DNA from: Candidatus Latescibacterota bacterium
GTDB taxonomy: Bacteria > Latescibacterota > UBA2968 > UBA8231
DNA: 64,000 nucleotides
NCBI GenBank assembly: GCA_965243025.1
Contig: CBDETY010000003.1
Span: forward strand, 3,392,001 to 3,456,000
Reading direction: 5' to 3'
Shown: positions 11,264-21,485 of the stretch, in pieces
How the letters are laid out: the number at the start of each line of letters is the position of its first letter
How positions within the stretch are numbered: the stretch's first letter is position 1
Position numbers and translations under genes: made by a program
The notes under the pieces: generated by a model
The model's input: only the letters and a program-made list of their open reading frames with translations
Databases searched by the model: none
Told to the model about the DNA's origin: nothing

Positions 11264-13090
11264 ATGACAGCGATAGAACGTCCGCAGTCGTACAGGAACA
11301 GAATGGACGAATGGCTGTACGTGATGCGGTGGACGACCCTGAAGTCGCGGGAAGCTTCTCCCGCACTGTTTGCCGCCCGCGCCGTTTTCTCGGTGGTCCA
11401 AGGACTGTTCGTCATCCTGTGCTGCGTTGCCGTCTGGTGGGGGGTGGACTGGCTCATGGCGGCGCTGGAGTCTCCGCAGCAAAGCGAACAGATGCTGACC
11501 CGGCTGGCGCTGCTGGCCGGGGGCCTGCTGGCGGCGGATGCGGTCGGGCGGCAGATCTCCTATTGGCTGGGTTCGAGAGCGGAATTTCACCTTGCGATGC
11601 TTCTGGAGGGTGAATTCCTGGCCAAATCCGCAGAGCTCGACCTGGCGGAAATCGAAGCCGCCGGCGAACGGGATCTGCTGAAGAACCGGCACGCGCTCGA
11701 TTACACGGTCTGCGGTGTGATGGATTCCCTTTACCACTTCATTTTCCTGGGCGTCGAGGCGGTGGGGCTGGTGTTCCTGTGTGCCTTGATCGGCTGGCCG
11801 GTCTTTGCGGCCGGGGCGGCCCTGCTGGTCGTGAACTTCATCCAGTGGCTGACCCGGCCACAGAAGGAGTCGCAGGATGAGGAATTCACGCTCAAAGCCA
11901 ACCTCGACCATCTGCTCTCCGGCCAGCATCCGGCCAAGGAGATCCGTCTGTTTGGTCTCGTCCCCTATTTCAAGGGAATGGCCGAAGAGGCGGCCGAACG
12001 GTTTTTCAGCAGGGGAATTTTCACCATCGGGGATGGGGTCAGGAATCTTGCTTTCTACCTGCCTTTCCTGGCAATCGCCCTTGGCTTCGGCTACTGGCTC
12101 GTCGAGCAGATAACTGCCGGGGAGATTTCCCTGGGATTGGCTTCAATGGCTCTTGTCGTGGTCTTCATCGCTCAGAAGGCCGTATCCGGTTTTTCCAGAA
12201 TGACATGGGCCTGGGAACGCTCCCTCGAAGGCATCCAGGGCTACCAGGCCTTTCTCGACATTGAGCCCCAAATCAGACCTGAACCGAACCTTCCCGCGGT
12301 GCCGGCCGATCTCGGCTCGGGCATTGTGTTCGAAGACGTCTCCCTGACCTATCCGACGGGCGACCAACCCGCGATCGAAGGGGTGTCGCTTGCCATTCGG
12401 CCCGGCGAGCGCATTGCGCTGGTGGGCGAGAACGGCTCCGGCAAGACGACCTTCGTCAAGCTTCTGACCCGGCTCTACGATCCGACCGGGGGACGAATTC
12501 ACCTGAATGGCCGCGACCTGCGGGAATACAACGTCGAAACGCATCGCCGGCGCTTTGGCGTCATCTTTCAGGACTATATGCGCTATCACGGAACGGTCGC
12601 CGAGAACATCGGCTACGCGCAATACGAGCGGCTCGACGACCGGGACGGCATCTCGTCCGCGGCCCGGAGAGCCGGAGCAGGCGAATTCATCGAGGCGCTG
12701 GAGGAGGGCTACCAGACCCGTATCGGCTCCTGGTTCGAGCGCGGCACCGACCTGTCCGGCGGACAGTGGCAGAAGATCGCCCTGGCGCGCGCCTTCTTCC
12801 GCCAATCCGACATTCTCGTGCTGGACGAGCCGACCAGCATCCTCGATGCCCGCGCCGAATACGACATTTTCCAACGCTTCCTCGAACTGACCGCCGGCAA
12901 GACCACCATTCTCGTCTCGCACCGCTTTTCGACCGTCCGCATGGCCGATACGATCTACGTATTTCAGCAGGGGCGCATTGCAGAGCGCGGCAGCCACCGG
13001 GGGCTGATGGCCCAGGACGGACTCTACGCCGAACTGTTCAACATGCAGGCTGAAGGCTTTCTGCTGGATAATCCCCGGGCAGCCGGGTAA
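11264..13090 (+). CDS. ABC exporter, fused permease/ATPase
   Basis: TM domain followed by GENGSGKT, LSGGQWQK, LDEPT, SHR; start chosen 9 nt after AGGAG. Confidence 0.92.
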   Translation: MTAIERPQSYRNRMDEWLYVMRWTTLKSREASPALFAARAVFSVVQGLFVILCCVAVWWGVDWLMAALESPQQSEQMLTRLALLAGGLLAADAVGRQISYWLGSRAEFHLAMLLEGEFLAKSAELDLAEIEAAGERDLLKNRHALDYTVCGVMDSLYHFIFLGVEAVGLVFLCALIGWPVFAAGAALLVVNFIQWLTRPQKESQDEEFTLKANLDHLLSGQHPAKEIRLFGLVPYFKGMAEEAAERFFSRGIFTIGDGVRNLAFYLPFLAIALGFGYWLVEQITAGEISLGLASMALVVVFIAQKAVSGFSRMTWAWERSLEGIQGYQAFLDIEPQIRPEPNLPAVPADLGSGIVFEDVSLTYPTGDQPAIEGVSLAIRPGERIALVGENGSGKTTFVKLLTRLYDPTGGRIHLNGRDLREYNVETHRRRFGVIFQDYMRYHGTVAENIGYAQYERLDDRDGISSAARRAGAGEFIEALEEGYQTRIGSWFERGTDLSGGQWQKIALARAFFRQSDILVLDEPTSILDARAEYDIFQRFLELTAGKTTILVSHRFSTVRMADTIYVFQQGRIAERGSHRGLMAQDGLYAELFNMQAEGFLLDNPRAAG

Positions 13091-13231
13091 AGGAACATCG
13101 AAATGCCAGACGAGTCGGGCTTCCTCGAGTCCCATTGGCCGGGCAACAGGCTGGCGGATTTACCCCTGCCGAATCGGTCGTTGGTGACCTCAGCGCCGCA
13201 ACGCATGACAATTGGCCGGAGATAGCGCCAC

Positions 13232-14332
13232 ATGAAGATTGCAAGTTTCCAGACCCGCCTCCTGTCCCTTCCCGCCGAGGAACCCCTGGCCGACAGCCTG
13301 CCCGACACCGGACGGCGGCAGTCCTTCGTCACCCTGGAAATGACCACCGACGAGGGCGTTGAAGGCGTCGGGGTCACCTTCGTTCCCGACCTCGAGGCCA
13401 GCCGGCTGACCGGGGCGCTGCGCATGTCGGTGGACGAGGTAGCCAGGGCGACGGTCGGGGAGGACCCGATGGAAATCGAGGGCATCGTTCAGCGGCTCGA
13501 CGTGGCTTTCTCCGGAGCCGGGCCGGGCGGGTTGCTGGCCATGGCACGGGCGGCCGTCGACACCGCCCTGTGGGACATCAAGGGGAAGGCCCTGGGCCAG
13601 ACGGTGGCCTCCCTGCTGGGGGGCTGCCGGCGGCGCGTCCCCGCCTACGCCAGCGGCGCCCTGATGCGTCCGGTGAGCCCGGAGCGGCTGGCCGAGATCG
13701 GGCCGATGCTGGTGGAGAAGGGGTTCCGCCAGATGAAGACGCAAATGGGCGGCGAGACTTTGGCAACCCGGGAGGTCGAGCGCATCCGCAGGCTTCGCGA
13801 AGCCGTGGGAGACGACATCGACCTGATGTGCGACATCAACCAGGCCTGGAGCGTCAACCGGGCCATCGACGTGGGCCGCCGCGTCGAGGAGTACCACCTG
13901 TTCTGGCTGGAGGACGTGGTCGCCCACGACGACTACCAGGGCATGGCCAAGGTCGCCGATGCGCTCCACACCCCGATCGCCGCGGGGGAGTACGTGTACG
14001 GCATCAGCCCGTTCCGGCAGATGATCGAGAACGGCTCGGTGGACATCGCGATGATCGACCTCGTGCGAGTCGGCGGAATCACGCCGTGGCGCAAGGTGGC
14101 GGCGATGGCCGAGGCCTTCAACCTGCCGGTGGTCAGCCACCTCGTGCCCGAGATCCACGTCCAGCTGATGGCGGCCATACCCAACGGGCTGACGGTGGAG
14201 TACATGCCCTGGTCGCTGCGGCTCTGGGAGGAGACGCCCGTGTTTTCAGAGGGCTTCCTGGAGGTTCCGGACAAACCGGGCCTGGGACTGGCCTTCGACC
14301 GGGAAGCGCTGCGCAAGTACACCGTGGATTAG
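13232..14332 (+). CDS. Mandelate racemase/muconate lactonizing enzyme family (enolase superfamily), probable dehydratase
   Basis: DTALWDIKGK; metal ligands CDINQ, WLED, AGE; His/Asp dyad (SHL, IDL); PGLG. Confidence 0.9.
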   Translation: MKIASFQTRLLSLPAEEPLADSLPDTGRRQSFVTLEMTTDEGVEGVGVTFVPDLEASRLTGALRMSVDEVARATVGEDPMEIEGIVQRLDVAFSGAGPGGLLAMARAAVDTALWDIKGKALGQTVASLLGGCRRRVPAYASGALMRPVSPERLAEIGPMLVEKGFRQMKTQMGGETLATREVERIRRLREAVGDDIDLMCDINQAWSVNRAIDVGRRVEEYHLFWLEDVVAHDDYQGMAKVADALHTPIAAGEYVYGISPFRQMIENGSVDIAMIDLVRVGGITPWRKVAAMAEAFNLPVVSHLVPEIHVQLMAAIPNGLTVEYMPWSLRLWEETPVFSEGFLEVPDKPGLGLAFDREALRKYTVD

Positions 14333-14405
14333 CGATCCTTGAAGGTCGAGGCGACATTTCGGATACATCGGATACAGTGGGGGAGTCAAACCGGAGGATC
14401 AGGCA

Positions 14406-15455
14406 ATGGCAAACTACGAGAACCTGAAGAGCCGCATGGACCAGGGTGAGGTGATCCTCCTGGACGGGGCCATAGGAACCGAGCTCCAGTCCATGGGCGT
14501 GCCCATGCACCCGGCCTCGTGGTGCGGCCCCGGCAACTATACGCATCCGGCAACGGTGCGGCAGATGCACGAACGCTACATCCGGGCGGGGGCCGACATC
14601 ATTACCACCAACACCTTCAACACCCTGCGCCCGGCGCTGGAGGCGTCGGGGTACAGCGAGCTGGTGAGGGAGATAAACACGCGGGCCGTGGACGCGGCGC
14701 TGGAGGCAAGAGACCGGGCGGCCGGCGGCCGGCCGGTGTACATCGCCGGCTCCATCTCCTGCCGGATCCCCATCCGCGACGGCAGGACGGGGACACTCCT
14801 GGGCGGGACCGGCTACGGTTACGGCGCCAGCCTCTCGACCGAGGAGCTGAGGGCCTACGCGGGCGAACAGGCGGAGATCCTGGCCGAGTCCGGGGTGGAC
14901 TTCCTGCTGATGGAGAACATGTGGGCCGACAACGAGTCGAGGGCGGTTGCCGCCGAGGCGGCCATGGCCACGGGGCTGCCGGTGTGGGTGGGATTCACCG
15001 CCTCCCTGGCGCCTGACGGACAGACGGTCCGGATGAGCCTCGCCGACGACCGTCACTATGCCGTCGGCATGGGGATGCCGGTGTGGACTTCGAGCTGGCG
15101 GACGGTCGACCATGAAATGATCCTGGCCGACGGCATCGCCGGGATCGCGCCGCTGAGGCCCGACGTACTCTGCGTGTTCCACAGCCGGATTGATGCCACC
15201 ACCGCGGCGCTTCAGGTCATGCTCGATCAATGGTCCGGCCCGGTTGCCGCCTATCCTGACGCAGGCCGGGAGGATTACCTCGACACCTGGCAGGACAGCA
15301 GCGTCGTCAACGATGAGTCCGCGGAGGAGTTGACGCGGGAGGCCTCCCGCTGGATCGGAATGGGAGCCCAGGTCATCGGCACCTGCTGCGGATTCGGGGC
15401 CGACTACATCAAGGCCCTGGCCGGCGCCCTTCCGGACCGGATCCCGTCGCCGTGA
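14406..15455 (+). CDS. Homocysteine S-methyltransferase family protein
   Basis: LDGAIGTEL, AGADIITTNTF, GVDFLLME, GTCCG. Confidence 0.9.
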   Translation: MANYENLKSRMDQGEVILLDGAIGTELQSMGVPMHPASWCGPGNYTHPATVRQMHERYIRAGADIITTNTFNTLRPALEASGYSELVREINTRAVDAALEARDRAAGGRPVYIAGSISCRIPIRDGRTGTLLGGTGYGYGASLSTEELRAYAGEQAEILAESGVDFLLMENMWADNESRAVAAEAAMATGLPVWVGFTASLAPDGQTVRMSLADDRHYAVGMGMPVWTSSWRTVDHEMILADGIAGIAPLRPDVLCVFHSRIDATTAALQVMLDQWSGPVAAYPDAGREDYLDTWQDSSVVNDESAEELTREASRWIGMGAQVIGTCCGFGADYIKALAGALPDRIPSP

Positions 15456-15543
15456 AAACCGGCGTAGGGCGCCCTGCGCAAATCCACATTATCTCAGACA
15501 CAGCTGACGAAGAACAAACCTCCCGGTGACGGAGGGACCTCGC

Positions 15544-17076
15544 ATGGAATCCAAACCACTCGTGGTAGTGGGGGCCGGGGTATCGGGGACGGCCGCCGCC
15601 ATCGAAGCGGCCAGGGCCGGAGTGCCGGTCACGCTCATCGACGAGAACCCCGTCGGCCCGTCCATGGTGGGGCTGGACGTACCTCAGCTCTTCGGGCGAC
15701 GGGCCTTGGAATCGCTGCGCGACAGGGCCCTCATGCTCGAGAGGGTTGCGGCGGCCAACGACTCACTGGCGGAGGCGGAGGAAGCCGGCGTCGACGTCCG
15801 GCTCGGGACCTGTGTGTGGGGGGCTTTTCGCAATACCGAAACCAGCAGGGTCCTCGACGGCCCGCAGCTCGGCCTGGCCGACGACAGGCAGTCGTGGGTG
15901 GTGAAGTACGAGCGGCTCATCGTGGCAGCCGGCTCCCGGGACCTGGGCATGTCCTTTGCCGGGTCGAACCTGGCCGGCGCAATCGGGGCCAACGGCGCCT
16001 GGTCGCTGATCAGCCGCTACCATGCCCTGGCCTCCCGGCGCATGGTGGTGCTGGGCTCCGGCAACCTCGGCCTCAACACCGCAAGGATGGCGCTTGACCG
16101 AGGCGTCGAGATAGCCGCGGTCGTGGACGTGTCCCCGTCCGTCCGCGGAGACGAGGCCCTGATGGCGGGGTTGCTGGAGGAAGGCGTTGAGCTGTACACC
16201 TCCCACACGGTCAGGGAAGCCGCGGGCCAGGCCGGCGAAATCGAGTCCGTCGTGCTGGTCGGGATCGACGGCGGCAACGAGCCGGTGGCCGGCTCGGAAA
16301 AGGTCGTCCCCGCAGACACCGTGTGCCTCGCAATCGGCCTGGTGCCCAACGTGGAGCTTCCCGGCCTCCTCGACTGCGACCTCACCTTCAGGTCGGGGCT
16401 CGGCGGGTACGTGCCGGACCGCGACGACTGGATGCGGACCAGCGTCGATTCCGTGTTCGTGGCCGGGGACGCGGCCGGATTCCACGACGGGATGATCCTG
16501 GACCCGGAGATTGCGCGGAACCAGGGCCGCCTGGCAGGAGTTGCCGCGGCCGGGTCGCTGGGGGCTATCGACAAGGGGGAGGCCCTCGCCCGGAGGTCGG
16601 AGATCCAGGCCGGGGGCTCCGCGGCGGCGCCGGCCGAAGTTCACACCGGCTGGGGGAAGTGGCTTCAGTCCCTCGTCAACGCCGGCGGTCCGGACGTCTT
16701 CGCGTGCCAGTGCGAGGAGGTTACCTGTGCCGACCTCACCGGCATGAAGCCGCCGCGGTACCTCGAATGGGGATCGGAGCAGATGAGCCGCCGGAGCCTG
16801 CGCACCGAGGTGAAGGACGGCCCCGTCGACCCGGACCAGGTCAAGCGCCTGACAAGGGCGGGAATGGGCCACTGCCAGGGGCGGCGCTGCCGGGAGCAGT
16901 TGTCTCTGCTGCTTGCCGGAGAGTCCGGCATCGACATATCGGAAGTGCCCCCGATGTCCTACCGCCCGCCCGTACGGCCGCTGCCGCTGAACATCATGTG
17001 GCCCCACGAAGAGACCGAGCAGGTGCGCGGGAACTGGCCCAAGTGGTTCAGCCCGACGAACCAGGTGCTGGGGTAG
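15544..17076 (+). CDS. FAD/NAD oxidoreductase, opine oxidase subunit A / HcnB-like
   Basis: GAGVSG Rossmann motif, VAGD, C-terminal CQCEEV...VKRLTRAGMGHCQGRRC...RPPVRP. Confidence 0.85.
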   Translation: MESKPLVVVGAGVSGTAAAIEAARAGVPVTLIDENPVGPSMVGLDVPQLFGRRALESLRDRALMLERVAAANDSLAEAEEAGVDVRLGTCVWGAFRNTETSRVLDGPQLGLADDRQSWVVKYERLIVAAGSRDLGMSFAGSNLAGAIGANGAWSLISRYHALASRRMVVLGSGNLGLNTARMALDRGVEIAAVVDVSPSVRGDEALMAGLLEEGVELYTSHTVREAAGQAGEIESVVLVGIDGGNEPVAGSEKVVPADTVCLAIGLVPNVELPGLLDCDLTFRSGLGGYVPDRDDWMRTSVDSVFVAGDAAGFHDGMILDPEIARNQGRLAGVAAAGSLGAIDKGEALARRSEIQAGGSAAAPAEVHTGWGKWLQSLVNAGGPDVFACQCEEVTCADLTGMKPPRYLEWGSEQMSRRSLRTEVKDGPVDPDQVKRLTRAGMGHCQGRRCREQLSLLLAGESGIDISEVPPMSYRPPVRPLPLNIMWPHEETEQVRGNWPKWFSPTNQVLG

Positions 17077-17113
17077 GCGGGGCGCCGGCGACCGGATCGT
17101 TGGAAATGGCATC

Positions 17114-18277
17114 ATGGCTGTCGACAGCGCGGACGTAGTCGTCATCGGGGCCGGCGTTTCCGGCCTGAGCTCGGCCTGGTTCCTGGCCAGGGCGGGCAGG
17201 GACGTCGTGGTGGTCGAGAAGGGGACGGTCGGAGGCGAGGCATCCGGTCGAAACGGCGGCATGATCAGCGAGCGGGTCGACGAGCCGGCGCTGATACCGA
17301 TGGCCGTGGAGTCCCTGAGGCTGTGGCCGGCCCTGGAGGATGAGCTGGGCTATCCCACCGAGTTCGTGCAGGAGGGCAGGCTCCAGATCGCGGTGACGGA
17401 AGAGGAGATGGGCCAGCTCCTTGCGGAGCGCGACGTCGCGCTGCGCCACGGCATCAGCGTGAACGTGGTGGACCCTGCGGAGATACGGGACATGATTCCC
17501 GGGATCACCGACAGAACGCTGGGCGGGACCTTCTTCCCCAATGGCGGGCACGCCAATCCCCAGCGGACGGTCCAGGCATTCGCATGGGCTTTTGAGGACC
17601 TCGGGGGCAGGCTCTACCAGAACACCGCCGTCACCGGCATCCAGGTCGTCGACGGGAGGGTTTCGTCCGTGGAGACGACCGCCGGCCTCATCGAGGCCGA
17701 GGTGGTGGTCGGCGCCGCGGGGCCGCAGACCGGGCTGATGGCGGAGATGGCGGGCGTGCATGTCCCGGTGGCGCCGGCAAGGGTGGAGATGCTGGCCACC
17801 GCCCCCCTGGAGCCGCTCTTCCGGACCGCCCTCGTGGGGAACGGCCTCTACGGGCGCCAGGCCGCCAGGGGCAACCTGCTGTTCGGTGGAGGGCCCCACG
17901 AATGGACCGACGTGGAACTGACCGCCGATCCCGACAAGCCCAACACCCCCCTGATCAGGAACATCTCCCGGCGGCTCGCCGAGCTGCTTCCGGGAGCGGC
18001 GGATGTTCCGGTGATCCGGAGCTGGGCCGGGGTGGTGGAACAGGCCCCGGACTATCTGCCTGTCATCGGCATCCCGGAGCGGCCGGGCAACTACGTGGTC
18101 GTCACCGCGTCGGCCCACGGGTTCGGAATAACGCCCGCCACGGGCAAGGTCGTCAGCGAGCTGGTGCTCCGCGGCGAGTCGAGCATCGACATCGGCGGCC
18201 TCGGGCTGGGCCGATTTTCCGACCTCGGGCAGGACTGGCGGGAGGAGCGCGGTTGGGTTCCCGCCCCCTCCCGGTAG
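17114..18277 (+). CDS. FAD-dependent D-amino acid/sarcosine oxidase family (opine oxidase subunit B / HcnC-like)
   Basis: VIGAGVSG, ASGRNGG, SWAG...PDYLPVIG, AHGFGITPATG. Confidence 0.88.
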   Translation: MAVDSADVVVIGAGVSGLSSAWFLARAGRDVVVVEKGTVGGEASGRNGGMISERVDEPALIPMAVESLRLWPALEDELGYPTEFVQEGRLQIAVTEEEMGQLLAERDVALRHGISVNVVDPAEIRDMIPGITDRTLGGTFFPNGGHANPQRTVQAFAWAFEDLGGRLYQNTAVTGIQVVDGRVSSVETTAGLIEAEVVVGAAGPQTGLMAEMAGVHVPVAPARVEMLATAPLEPLFRTALVGNGLYGRQAARGNLLFGGGPHEWTDVELTADPDKPNTPLIRNISRRLAELLPGAADVPVIRSWAGVVEQAPDYLPVIGIPERPGNYVVVTASAHGFGITPATGKVVSELVLRGESSIDIGGLGLGRFSDLGQDWREERGWVPAPSR

Positions 18278-18326
18278 ACTGGGCCGGCGGGCAACGGCGG
18301 CGACGATTCCGGGCGGCCGCCGAAAC

Positions 18327-19169
18327 TCAGGCAGGCTTCCTCGCCGTCACCTTGCAGTTCGCCGTATCGGCGTAGACTCCCTCTTCCGATTCGTCCCGGA
18401 ACTCGACGCCCTCAGCGGCGATTTCGATCTCCTCGAAACCGGCGCGGCGCAGGCGGTCGACGTAGGCCTCGCGGTACTCCGCCCCCGCGGCGCAGGCGAC
18501 CCACGCCTCCGAACCGGTGGCCGCCGGGCCTTCGGGCGTCAGGGCCAGCAGGTCGGACAGGTGGATGCGTCCGCCGGGGGCGAGGACCCGGAAGCTCTCG
18601 CTGAAGACGGCGTCCTTGTCCGGCGACAGGCAGACGACGCAGTTGGAGATGACGACGTCGAAGGAAGCGCTCGGCAGGGGCATGGACTCCATCTCCCCCT
18701 GGACGAACTCGACGTTGGCGGCGCCGAGGGCGGCCTGGTTCCTGCGGGCGAGATCCAGCATCTCCGGGGTCATGTCCAGCCCGGTGACGCGCCCGGTCTC
18801 GCCCACCTGCCGGGCGGCCAGGAAGCAGTCGATGCCGCCACCGGAACCCAGGTCGAGCACCCTCTCCCCCGGCTGGAGCCCTGCCAGGGCGGTCGGGTTG
18901 CCGCATCCGGCGGAGGCTGCCAGCGATTCGACGGGAAGGCCGTCCACCTGGCCTTCGGTGTAGAGCCGCATGGCGTGTTCCGGGTCCGGCGCGCAGCAGG
19001 AGGAGGCGGAGGGCTCGCAGCAGGCGGAGGGGGCCGGCTCGCAACAGCTCCCTCCGGGCTTGTCGTTCGCGCCAGAGTCCACTGCGGGGCCGGGTTCGGT
19101 CACCCGCCGGGCCTGGGCTCCATACCGTTCCCTGACCTGTTCCTTGATTCCGTCCTGATTACCAACCAT
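18327..19169 (-). CDS. arsM: Arsenite methyltransferase
   Basis: VRERYG start, SCC repeats, GCGNP, VLDLGSGGGID, SNCV, W..C.AGA; start taken at MVGNQ. Confidence 0.85.
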   Translation of the reverse strand: MVGNQDGIKEQVRERYGAQARRVTEPGPAVDSGANDKPGGSCCEPAPSACCEPSASSCCAPDPEHAMRLYTEGQVDGLPVESLAASAGCGNPTALAGLQPGERVLDLGSGGGIDCFLAARQVGETGRVTGLDMTPEMLDLARRNQAALGAANVEFVQGEMESMPLPSASFDVVISNCVVCLSPDKDAVFSESFRVLAPGGRIHLSDLLALTPEGPAATGSEAWVACAAGAEYREAYVDRLRRAGFEEIEIAAEGVEFRDESEEGVYADTANCKVTARKPA

Positions 19170-19374
19170 TTCCTGCGTGTCCTTTCTTTCCGGATCTTCC
19201 CCGCCGGTTGACCATCCCAACGGATGGAAAGACGACCGTTCACCTGCCGGGCGCGGCGTCGTGGCGGAATGGAAGCCGGGTAAGCAGTCCCCCCACCACC
19301 GGAAACATCCGCTCCCAGACACTGGCCGCCGACTGGAAAGCCTCGCATCTGCACGTTTAAGTATATGAGGTCGT

Positions 19375-19489
19375 CAAGGGGAGCGTTCAAACTTCAGAGC
19401 CCAGGTTCCCCGGGCTTCAACCTCCTGGACCGATATCGATGTAATGAAATGGAGAAGCATGGGGGGTCGAGATCGTTGACTGCCACTGA
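19375..19489 (+). pseudogene. higB: HigB toxin remnant
   Basis: C-terminal GEAWGVEIVDCH* matches the HigB ending (VEIVDYH), directly upstream of higA; the rest is degraded. Confidence 0.6.
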
Positions 19490-19497
19490 GGGGGCAA

Positions 19498-19877
19498 ATG
19501 AGTATGACCGTAAGAAGGGAAGAGCTCGACAGGCGAGAGATTGATTTCTCGGATGTGGCCTCCGGGCGGCAGCTGGCGCCGGTGCATCCCGGCGAGATTC
19601 TGCGCGATGAATTCCTGACTCCGATGGGGATCAGCGTGTACCGGCTTGCCCATGCGATCAATGTTTCGCGTCCGAGACTAACGATATTGTGCTGTGACGC
19701 CGTGGCGTCACCACAGATACCGCGCTCCGCCTTGGTCGCTATTTCGGCATGACCCCTGAGTTCTGGATCAATCTTCAGACGCGTTACGATCTGGATATCG
19801 CGGAGCGCACGATACGTCCCCAAATAGAGAAGGAGGTCGAACCTCATGCTGCCTTGGACGCGACCGTCCTGGATTGA
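19498..19877 (+). pseudogene. higA: HigA antitoxin, frameshifted with internal stop
   Basis: PVHPGEILRDEFL; frameshift at ~19680 into NDIVL*RRGVTTDTALRLGRYFGMTPEFWINLQ. Confidence 0.85.
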
Positions 19878-19985
19878 ACAGCAATTCTCGTCTTTGCACA
19901 GATGATGCCTTCCGCAATCGTCAAACGGCTGGCCGGGACCGGGCGAATCCTGGTTGAGTTGGGGTTTCGCCGGGAAAGGATCCTC

Positions 19986-20741
19986 ATGTTACGGCTTCTC
20001 CTGGTCGTCTTCTGTTGCATCGGTTCGGCCCACGCCGCCGACAATCCTCCGGCCCCCGGCTTCGACGCCGCCGGTTCCGACCCAGAAGCCATCGCCCTGG
20101 CGGACGAGGTCATGGCGGCGCTGGGGGGCCGCGCAAACTGGGATGCCACGCGCTACATCACCTGGCGCTTCTTCGGTTTCCGCCTGCACGTGTGGGACAA
20201 ATGGACCGGGGACATCCGCTTCGAGCAGGGGGATCTGACGGTGCTGATGAACATCCACAGCAGGGAGGGCCGCGCCTTCGCCGCCGGGGTGGAGATCAGC
20301 GATCCCGACACGGTGGCGGCCAGGCTCGAGCAGGGCTACCGCGCCTGGATCAACGACTCGTACTGGCTGGTCATGCCCTACAAGCTCAAGGACACCGGCG
20401 TCACCCTGCGCTATCGGGGACCGGAAGCCACCGGGGACGGGCGGGCGGCTGAAGTGCTGGAGCTCACGTTCAGGGACGTGGGGGTCACCCCGGAGAACAA
20501 ATACGCGGTCTGGATCGACCGGGAATCGAGGCTGGTGACCCAGTGGGCGTTCTACCGCGAGGCCGCCGACACGGAACCGGCCTTTACCGGCCCCTGGTCC
20601 AACTGGCGGCGGTACGGATCCATCCTGCTATCCGACGGCCGCGGCGAACGCCGGCATACCGATGTGGCGGTCTTCGACGAACTCCCGCGCTCGGTCTTCA
20701 CGAGTCCCGCTCCAGCTGCGTTGGTCGTGCCTTCGGAGTAA
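19986..20741 (+). CDS. Secreted conserved hypothetical protein
   Basis: Signal peptide ending AHA-A; ALGG..NW, WINDSYWL.MPYKL.D.G and G.TP..KY motifs of a LolA-like-fold hypothetical family. Confidence 0.7.
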   Translation: MLRLLLVVFCCIGSAHAADNPPAPGFDAAGSDPEAIALADEVMAALGGRANWDATRYITWRFFGFRLHVWDKWTGDIRFEQGDLTVLMNIHSREGRAFAAGVEISDPDTVAARLEQGYRAWINDSYWLVMPYKLKDTGVTLRYRGPEATGDGRAAEVLELTFRDVGVTPENKYAVWIDRESRLVTQWAFYREAADTEPAFTGPWSNWRRYGSILLSDGRGERRHTDVAVFDELPRSVFTSPAPAALVVPSE

Positions 20742-20822
20742 CCCGGTCCCACGGCAAGGGTCCGGCGCACTTGATTCGACCTGTTTATGGTCCATATTCA
20801 GTCCGAACAAGGAGGTGGCCGC

Positions 20823-21098
20823 ATGAAGTTGTCCAGTAAGATCAAGCCGATCAGTTACCTCAAGGCTCACGCTGCCGAGATCGTGCGCACGCTCGGGGAC
20901 CAGCAGGAGCCCTTGATCATCACTCAGAATGGCGAAGCCAAGGCGGTCATGCAGGACATTGACAGCTACGAGCGGATGCAGGAGACCGTGGCGTTGCTCA
21001 AGATCCTCGCGCTGGGCAGCCGCCAGATCGAAGCGGGTCAGGTGCAACCCGCCGCCGAGGTGATCGCACGGCTCCGTGAGCGGCGACAGGCTCGGTGA
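20823..21098 (+). CDS. Phd/YefM family antitoxin
   Basis: IKPISYLKAHAAE...IITQNGEAKAV; RBS AGGAGG; overlaps the toxin by GTGA. Confidence 0.92.
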   Translation: MKLSSKIKPISYLKAHAAEIVRTLGDQQEPLIITQNGEAKAVMQDIDSYERMQETVALLKILALGSRQIEAGQVQPAAEVIARLRERRQAR

Positions 21099-21424
21099 AT
21101 TCCTTCACGGTCCACTTGACTGATGACGCGGCGCGAGACCTGGAGGAGATATTCGACTACATCGACCGGCATGATCTGCCGGGCCGGGCAGATTATGTGC
21201 TCGAGCGGATCGAGAAGGCATTCGGCCGTCTTTCCGACTTTCCCGAGCGGGGGAACTACCCCAGAGAACTGCTGGACCTCGGGATTCGGGAATACCGCGA
21301 GATCTCCTTCAAGCCCTACCGCATCATCTACCGGGTGATGGAAGAGGATGTCCATGTCCTCTTGATTGCCGATGGGCGACGTGACATGCAGACGCTGCTG
21401 CAACGGCGCATGTTGCAGGCTTGA
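21095..21424 (+). CDS. RelE/ParE family toxin
   Basis: AARDLEEIFDYI, FPERG, YRIIYRV, DGRRD. Confidence 0.92.
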   Translation: MNSFTVHLTDDAARDLEEIFDYIDRHDLPGRADYVLERIEKAFGRLSDFPERGNYPRELLDLGIREYREISFKPYRIIYRVMEEDVHVLLIADGRRDMQTLLQRRMLQA

Positions 21425-21485
21425 AGTTCTACCCGACCTGACCTACGCTGAGTCTCCCTCTGCGTCCCCCTCGAACTTTACGCCC

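Noticed and set aside
15544-18277. Hydrogen cyanide synthase hcnBC
   Set aside because: No hcnA; the family includes many other amino-acid and opine oxidases, so the specific call is unsupported.
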